Shown here: piece after piece, positions 58,242-64,000 of the stretch
How the letters are laid out: every line of letters starts with the position of its first letter
Numbering within the stretch: the first letter of the stretch is position 1
The notes under the pieces: generated by a model
Seen by the model: only the letters and a program-made list of their open reading frames with translations
Database searches by the model: none
What the model was told of the DNA's origin: nothing
NCBI GenBank assembly: GCA_030650425.1
Contig: JAUSED010000009.1
Coordinates: 32,904-96,903, forward strand
Direction: 5' to 3'
Length of the DNA stretch: 64,000 nucleotides
DNA from: Candidatus Omnitrophota bacterium
GTDB taxonomy: Bacteria; Omnitrophota; Gorgyraeia; Gygaellales; Profunditerraquicolaceae
Made by a program: the position numbers and the translations under genes

Positions 58242-59109
58242 ATATTTTCTTTCTGAAGCAGAGCCGAAACTTGATCAAGAAAAGCTGGATTACATTGTCC
58301 GTCACGCCTTAATCGAAGATATAGGCAGGGGAGATATAACCACGCAATTGACTATCCCTAAACAAAAAAAGATCGACGCGCAGATATTAGTTAAAGAAAA
58401 TTCCGTAATCTGCGGTTTAGGAGTAGCAGAAAAGGTTTTTAAGTCCATTGATGATTCGGTGAAATTCAAACCAGTGGCCAAAGAGGGCAAAGAGATAAAA
58501 GCCGGTAAAATTATTGCCAAAGTTTCGGGAAAAGCCTCAAGCATATTAAGTTCAGAGAGAGTTGCCCTAAACCTCTTAAGCATGCTTTCAGGGATAGCGA
58601 CTAAAACCAGGGAATACGTTGAGCATATTGAACCCTATAAAACTAAAATCACGGATACCCGTAAGACCTTTCCGGGGTTAAGGGAATTACAGAAATACGC
58701 TGTGCGCGTCGGAGGCGGGCATAATCATCGCATGGGTTTGGATGAGATGATCTTGATCAAAGATAACCATATCAAAGTTACTGAAGGGTATGAGAAACTC
58801 CCCAGCATACCTAAGGGGTTTAAAATTGAAATAGAAGTACAGAATCTTGACGAATTTAAGCACGCCCTGTATTTTAAGCCGGATGTGATTATGCTCGATA
58901 ATATGAGCCTCGAAGATATGAAAGAGGCGGTGAAAATCCGGAACAATACCGAATTTACCAGCCATCATCCGCCTACTATGCTTGAAGCAAGCGGCGGAGT
59001 AGGCTTTGATTCGGTTAAAAAAATCGCCGCGTTGGGAGTAGATATCATCTCTATCGGCGAGCTGACCCATTCGGTGAAAGCCATTGATATGAGCTTAGAG
59101 GTGACCTAA
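58228..59109 (+). CDS. nadC: Quinolinate phosphoribosyltransferase
   Basis: EDIGRGDITT, ERVALN, DTRKT.PGLR, NHRMGL, KDNH, MLDNM, EASGG. Confidence 0.96.
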   Translation: MALGKYFLSEAEPKLDQEKLDYIVRHALIEDIGRGDITTQLTIPKQKKIDAQILVKENSVICGLGVAEKVFKSIDDSVKFKPVAKEGKEIKAGKIIAKVSGKASSILSSERVALNLLSMLSGIATKTREYVEHIEPYKTKITDTRKTFPGLRELQKYAVRVGGGHNHRMGLDEMILIKDNHIKVTEGYEKLPSIPKGFKIEIEVQNLDEFKHALYFKPDVIMLDNMSLEDMKEAVKIRNNTEFTSHHPPTMLEASGGVGFDSVKKIAALGVDIISIGELTHSVKAIDMSLEVT

Positions 59110-59110
59110 T

Positions 59111-61084
59111 TTGTCCGGGTTTAAGCTTATTTCAAGTTATCAACCTTGCGGCGATCAGCCGGAAGCAATAAAAAAATTAACCGCGAGCATCCTTTCAGGA
59201 CATCCGGCATCCACGCTCCTCGGAGTAACCGGCTCAGGGAAAACTTTTACCCTCGCTAATGTTATAGCCGCAATAAAACTTCCCACGCTGATTATTTCGC
59301 ATAACAAAACCTTAGCCGCGCAGCTATACTCCGAATTTAAGGAATTTTTTCCGCATAACGCGGTCGAGTATTTTGTAAGTTACTACGATTATTATCAGCC
59401 GGAAGCCTACATTCCTTCCACAGATACCTATATCGAAAAAGATTCGTCTATAAATGAGCGGCTTGACCGTTTACGCTTATCAGCGACTACTTCCTTGATC
59501 AGCCGTAAAGACGTAATTATTGTCGCTTCGGTCTCTTGCATTTATAACCTGGGAGATCCGGAAAGTTATCGGGAGTTGTTAGTGCTATTGGAGAATGGCC
59601 AAGAGATTAGCCGGGATGAACTGATTGCAAAATTCATCCAGATACAATATGAAAGAAATGATTATGAATTTATCCGGGGAAGATTAAGGGTAAGGGGAGA
59701 CACCTTGGAGATTTTTCCTTCTTATCAGGAAAAGGCGATTCGTTTACAGTTAAACGGAGATAAAATTGAGAAAATCTCGGAATTTAACCCGGTTTCCGGA
59801 GAGCTTATTAGTCAATTGGATAAAATAGCGATTTATCCGGCTAAGCATTTTATTGTTTCGCAAGATAAGATCGACTCAAGCCTGCGCTCCATAAATCTAG
59901 AGCTTCAAGAGCAACTTGAGTCCTTGAGATCCAAAAATAAATTACTCGAGGCGCAGAGGCTGGAATCCCGGACTAAGTACGACTTGGAGATGTTAAAAGA
60001 AATCGGCTATTGTCACGGAATTGAGAATTATTCCCGCCATCTATCCGGCAGGCCGAGCGCTTTGCGGCCGTATTCTTTAATTGATTATTTTCAAGGGGAT
60101 TTTCTGACGGTAATCGATGAATCCCATGCCACCCTGCCTCAGATACGAGGAATGTATGAAGGAGATAAGGCCAGAAAAAAAGTACTGGTGGAATATGGTT
60201 TTCGTTTGCCTTCATGCCTGGATAACCGGCCGTTAAAATTCGAAGAGTTCAAACATTTAGTCAAGCAGGTAGTCTTTGTCTCTGCTACGCCTGATGAATA
60301 CGAGATTAAAGAGAGCGCTGGAGAGGTAATCCAACAAATTATCCGGCCGACGGGTTTAGTTGATCCTGAGATTGTTATCCGGCCGAGTCAGAATCAAGTC
60401 GAGGACCTTATCGTTGAGGTTAAAGAGCGGGCTAAGGCCAGTGAGCGCACCCTGGTTACTACGCTGACCAAACGCACTGCCGAAGATTTAACTACCTATT
60501 TAGAAGAGAAAGGCCTGAAAGTCAAATACCTGCATTCGGAGATCCAGACTATTGAGCGCTCTGCCATACTCAGGGATTTAAGAAAGAAGAAATTCGACTG
60601 TCTTGTGGGAATCAATCTACTAAGAGAAGGCCTGGACCTTCCGGAAGTATCATTAGTAGCGATTTTAGACGCGGACAAAGAAGGATTTTTACGTTCAGCG
60701 ACCAGCTTAATCCAGGTTTCAGGGAGGGCAGCGCGCAATATTAACGGAAAGGTAATTATGTACGCGGATACAATTACCGGCTCGATGAAAAAAGCTATTC
60801 TAGAGAGCAGCCGGAGAAGAAAATTGCAGTTGGAATTTAATGCTAAAAATAACATTACCGCGCGTTCAATCCAAAAATCCATCAAAGAAGGTATTGAAGG
60901 CTTAGCCCGCTCGGAAGAATTTGTAATTAACCTTACCGGAGAAGCCCGGGATGAATTTGAGTTGCGTAAATATATTTCTGAGTTAGAATATGAGATGGAA
61001 TTAGCCAGCCGTAACCTGCAATTTGAAAAAGCAGCTGTGATAAGAGATAAGCTAAAGGAACTCAAAGATGCTACTGGCCGCTGA
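59111..61084 (+). CDS. uvrB: Excinuclease ABC subunit B
   Basis: GDQP, GVTGSGKT, YYDYYQPEAY, GFRLPS, INLLREGLD, C-terminal UVR domain; TTG start. Confidence 0.98.
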   Translation: MSGFKLISSYQPCGDQPEAIKKLTASILSGHPASTLLGVTGSGKTFTLANVIAAIKLPTLIISHNKTLAAQLYSEFKEFFPHNAVEYFVSYYDYYQPEAYIPSTDTYIEKDSSINERLDRLRLSATTSLISRKDVIIVASVSCIYNLGDPESYRELLVLLENGQEISRDELIAKFIQIQYERNDYEFIRGRLRVRGDTLEIFPSYQEKAIRLQLNGDKIEKISEFNPVSGELISQLDKIAIYPAKHFIVSQDKIDSSLRSINLELQEQLESLRSKNKLLEAQRLESRTKYDLEMLKEIGYCHGIENYSRHLSGRPSALRPYSLIDYFQGDFLTVIDESHATLPQIRGMYEGDKARKKVLVEYGFRLPSCLDNRPLKFEEFKHLVKQVVFVSATPDEYEIKESAGEVIQQIIRPTGLVDPEIVIRPSQNQVEDLIVEVKERAKASERTLVTTLTKRTAEDLTTYLEEKGLKVKYLHSEIQTIERSAILRDLRKKKFDCLVGINLLREGLDLPEVSLVAILDADKEGFLRSATSLIQVSGRAARNINGKVIMYADTITGSMKKAILESSRRRKLQLEFNAKNNITARSIQKSIKEGIEGLARSEEFVINLTGEARDEFELRKYISELEYEMELASRNLQFEKAAVIRDKLKELKDATGR

Positions 61085-61811
61085 CATAGGTAATACCAAC
61101 ATCTCCCTGGCTTTATTTAAAGGGAGCAAAATAAGTAAAATCCGAGATATCCCGCTCAAAGAATATACTCAATCCAAGCTGTTTAAATATATAGGTAAAG
61201 AAAGTCTTGATACCGCGCTTATCTGCAGTGTGGTACCATCAATGGCCAAAAGGCTGGCTAATGATCTAAAAAAGATATCCGGAATCAGCCCTAGGCTAAT
61301 TGGCAAAGACATATCGGTTCCGCTTAAAAATCTTTACCAAAACCCAAAGCAGCTCGGCCAAGACCGTTTGGTTAATGCCTATGCCGCAAGTAAAATTTAC
61401 TCAGCGCCGGTAATCGTGGTGAGTTGCGGCACCGCGCTCACCATTGACGCAGTTTCTAAAAATAGGGAGTTCCTTGGAGGTTTTATCCTCCCGGGATTAC
61501 GTTCTTCTTTATCCAGCCTAAACGCGGATACCGCTCTTTTACCGAAACTAAAATTAAAGCCGGCGTCCGGACTTATTGGTAGAAATACGCAAACCGGGAT
61601 TTTGAATGGCGTAATCGCAGGAAGCGCGGGGTCAATAGACTCGCTTATTGAAAAAATCCTGCTTAAAATCAGTAAGCACGCTAAAGTGATCGGAACCGGA
61701 GGAGATATATATTTGATTAAAAGGTTTTCCAGGTATATAATAAAGGTAAATAAAGAGCTTACCTTAAAAGGGATTTTTTTGGTCTACAAAAATACGCTTG
61801 AAAATGCTTAA
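61068..61811 (+). CDS. coaX: Type III pantothenate kinase
   Basis: DIGNTN, SVVP, LGQDR, GTA.TID, GGFILPG, TGG. Confidence 0.93.
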   Translation: MLLAADIGNTNISLALFKGSKISKIRDIPLKEYTQSKLFKYIGKESLDTALICSVVPSMAKRLANDLKKISGISPRLIGKDISVPLKNLYQNPKQLGQDRLVNAYAASKIYSAPVIVVSCGTALTIDAVSKNREFLGGFILPGLRSSLSSLNADTALLPKLKLKPASGLIGRNTQTGILNGVIAGSAGSIDSLIEKILLKISKHAKVIGTGGDIYLIKRFSRYIIKVNKELTLKGIFLVYKNTLENA

Positions 61812-62418
61812 ATTCATATTTTATTTATTTTTGCTTAGCCTTTGCTGCGTAAGAGATATTTTTGGCGCGGAAACTTCCACTAATTCCGCTCAAGCCTCTG
61901 AGGCCGGGGCCGCCTTTGAACAGGCATTAAAAAACGTTGAGGCGCAAAAAGCCGAAGAGCGAAAAGCCTTAACCTTAAAATGCAAAACAAAATTAGCCCA
62001 GTTGATTGATAATTGGCTCTCTGAAAAAGAAGCGCAAAAGAAGCCTCAGCTCAATCAGGTAATTGATCAAAACTGGGAAAAGCTTCCGTATGAATACAAC
62101 TTCACTACGCTTCATTACGATTATTACCTAAGAGGCTTTGATTATAATATTCTAAGTAGCGAAATAAAGGAGACTGAATCACTTACCGCGCCGATTAAGG
62201 CCCAGTCCGTAATTATTGAAAAAGTCTACGCGGAGAAATACCATACCCCTGACATAAGCAACGTTGATCCGTACTTCTTTACGGTGACAACGGTGATAAC
62301 CCTGAATCTGGAATTCCGTCAGGATAATTTTGTGATAATCGGTGTGGATAATAAAATAACAAAAATCGAAAATGACTGTCCGGATAGAATCAAAAGATTT
62401 GGCCGAAATTTATTTTAA
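61798..62418 (+). CDS. Hypothetical exported protein
   Basis: N-terminal signal-like hydrophobic stretch; no family recognised; true start may be ATG 61804. Confidence 0.65.
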   Translation: MKMLKFIFYLFLLSLCCVRDIFGAETSTNSAQASEAGAAFEQALKNVEAQKAEERKALTLKCKTKLAQLIDNWLSEKEAQKKPQLNQVIDQNWEKLPYEYNFTTLHYDYYLRGFDYNILSSEIKETESLTAPIKAQSVIIEKVYAEKYHTPDISNVDPYFFTVTTVITLNLEFRQDNFVIIGVDNKITKIENDCPDRIKRFGRNLF

Positions 62419-62424
62419 AAATGC

Positions 62425-62452
62425 TTGACAAATATTTTTTTTTGATTATAAT
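62425..62452 (+). promoter_or_regulatory. Sigma70 promoter of groESL
   Basis: TTGACA-N16-TATAAT. Confidence 0.75.
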
Positions 62453-62478
62453 TAGCACTCTTAGAGAGCAAGTGCTAA
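62452..62478 (+). promoter_or_regulatory. CIRCE element (HrcA operator)
   Basis: TTAGCACTC-N9-AAGTGCTAA, one mismatch to consensus, upstream of groES. Confidence 0.93.
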
Positions 62479-62509
62479 AAGTAAACCAACAATAGAAGGA
62501 GGTGTGTCT

Positions 62510-62800
62510 ATGGAAATCAAACCATTAGGCGATCGCGTTGTAGTTAAGGCTCTAGAGGCAGAATCAAAAACAAAAGGCGGTATAGTACTGCCTGATACAG
62601 CAAAAGAAAAGCCTCAAGAGGGTAAAGTTGTGGCAGTAGGCAAAGGAAAGGTTCTAGAAAACGGATCAACCCAAACGCCGGAAGTTAAAGTAGGCGATAA
62701 GGTTTTATACGGAAAATATTCCGGTAATGAAATTACCACTAAAGAAGGCGAAGAATTATTGATCATGCGCGAAGAGGATATATTAGCAATCATTAAATAA
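62510..62800 (+). CDS. groES: Co-chaperonin GroES
   Basis: [31 protein letters not shown]; SD GAAGGAGG. Confidence 0.98.
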   Translation: MEIKPLGDRVVVKALEAESKTKGGIVLPDTAKEKPQEGKVVAVGKGKVLENGSTQTPEVKVGDKVLYGKYSGNEITTKEGEELLIMREEDILAIIK

Positions 62801-62818
62801 TTATAGGGACGGTTCGAA

Positions 62819-62854
62819 AATTCGTAGCGGACATTTAAATGTCCGCTACGAATT
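62819..62854. repeat. Perfect 36-bp palindrome (GTAG-type REP-like) between groES and groEL
   Basis: AATTCGTAGCGGACATTT/AAATGTCCGCTACGAATT. Confidence 0.85.
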
Positions 62855-62860
62855 GAATAG

Positions 62861-64000
<1,140 letters not shown>

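Overview
A gene-dense, moderately AT-rich bacterial chromosome segment, almost all on the + strand. Gene content (Gram-negative-type envelope genes, Wood-Ljungdahl corrinoid module, PilZ proteins, c-di-AMP cyclase, GatCAB, CIRCE) suggests an anaerobe such as Candidatus Omnitrophota; this is inference only. Order: partial RNase HI, an enlarged RNase P RNA, yebC-ruvCA-scpB-pheA-hisC-aroF-tyrA-cmk-lepA-lepB-pgsA-plsY, a PIN toxin with a small partner ORF, a large TPR/beta-barrel protein converging on a GH161-like phosphorylase, gatCAB-ctpA-tsaD-mgtC, a bactofilin-HTH fusion plus a membrane-anchored HTH protein, larB-fmdE-acsC-RACo-cooC-acsD-acsE, tRNA-Met, a two-component pair, an orphan wzx, tilS-ftsH-folP-cdaA-pdxJ-acpS-nnrD, tRNA-Thr/Tyr/Gly, thyA, gpsA, tRNA-Pro, the threonine pathway, cimA, valS, nadC, uvrB, coaX and groESL. 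Best leads: (1) the bactofilin-HTH plus membrane-HTH pair, a candidate cytoskeletal DNA tether; (2) a 205-nt group I (IC3-like) intron inside the tRNA-Tyr(GUA) anticodon; (3) GGGGAC-family palindromes and 7-nt repeats translated in frame inside essential genes (valS, gatA, folP, nnrD); (4) extra helices in RNase P RNA. All annotations come from motif recognition by eye; no searches were run.
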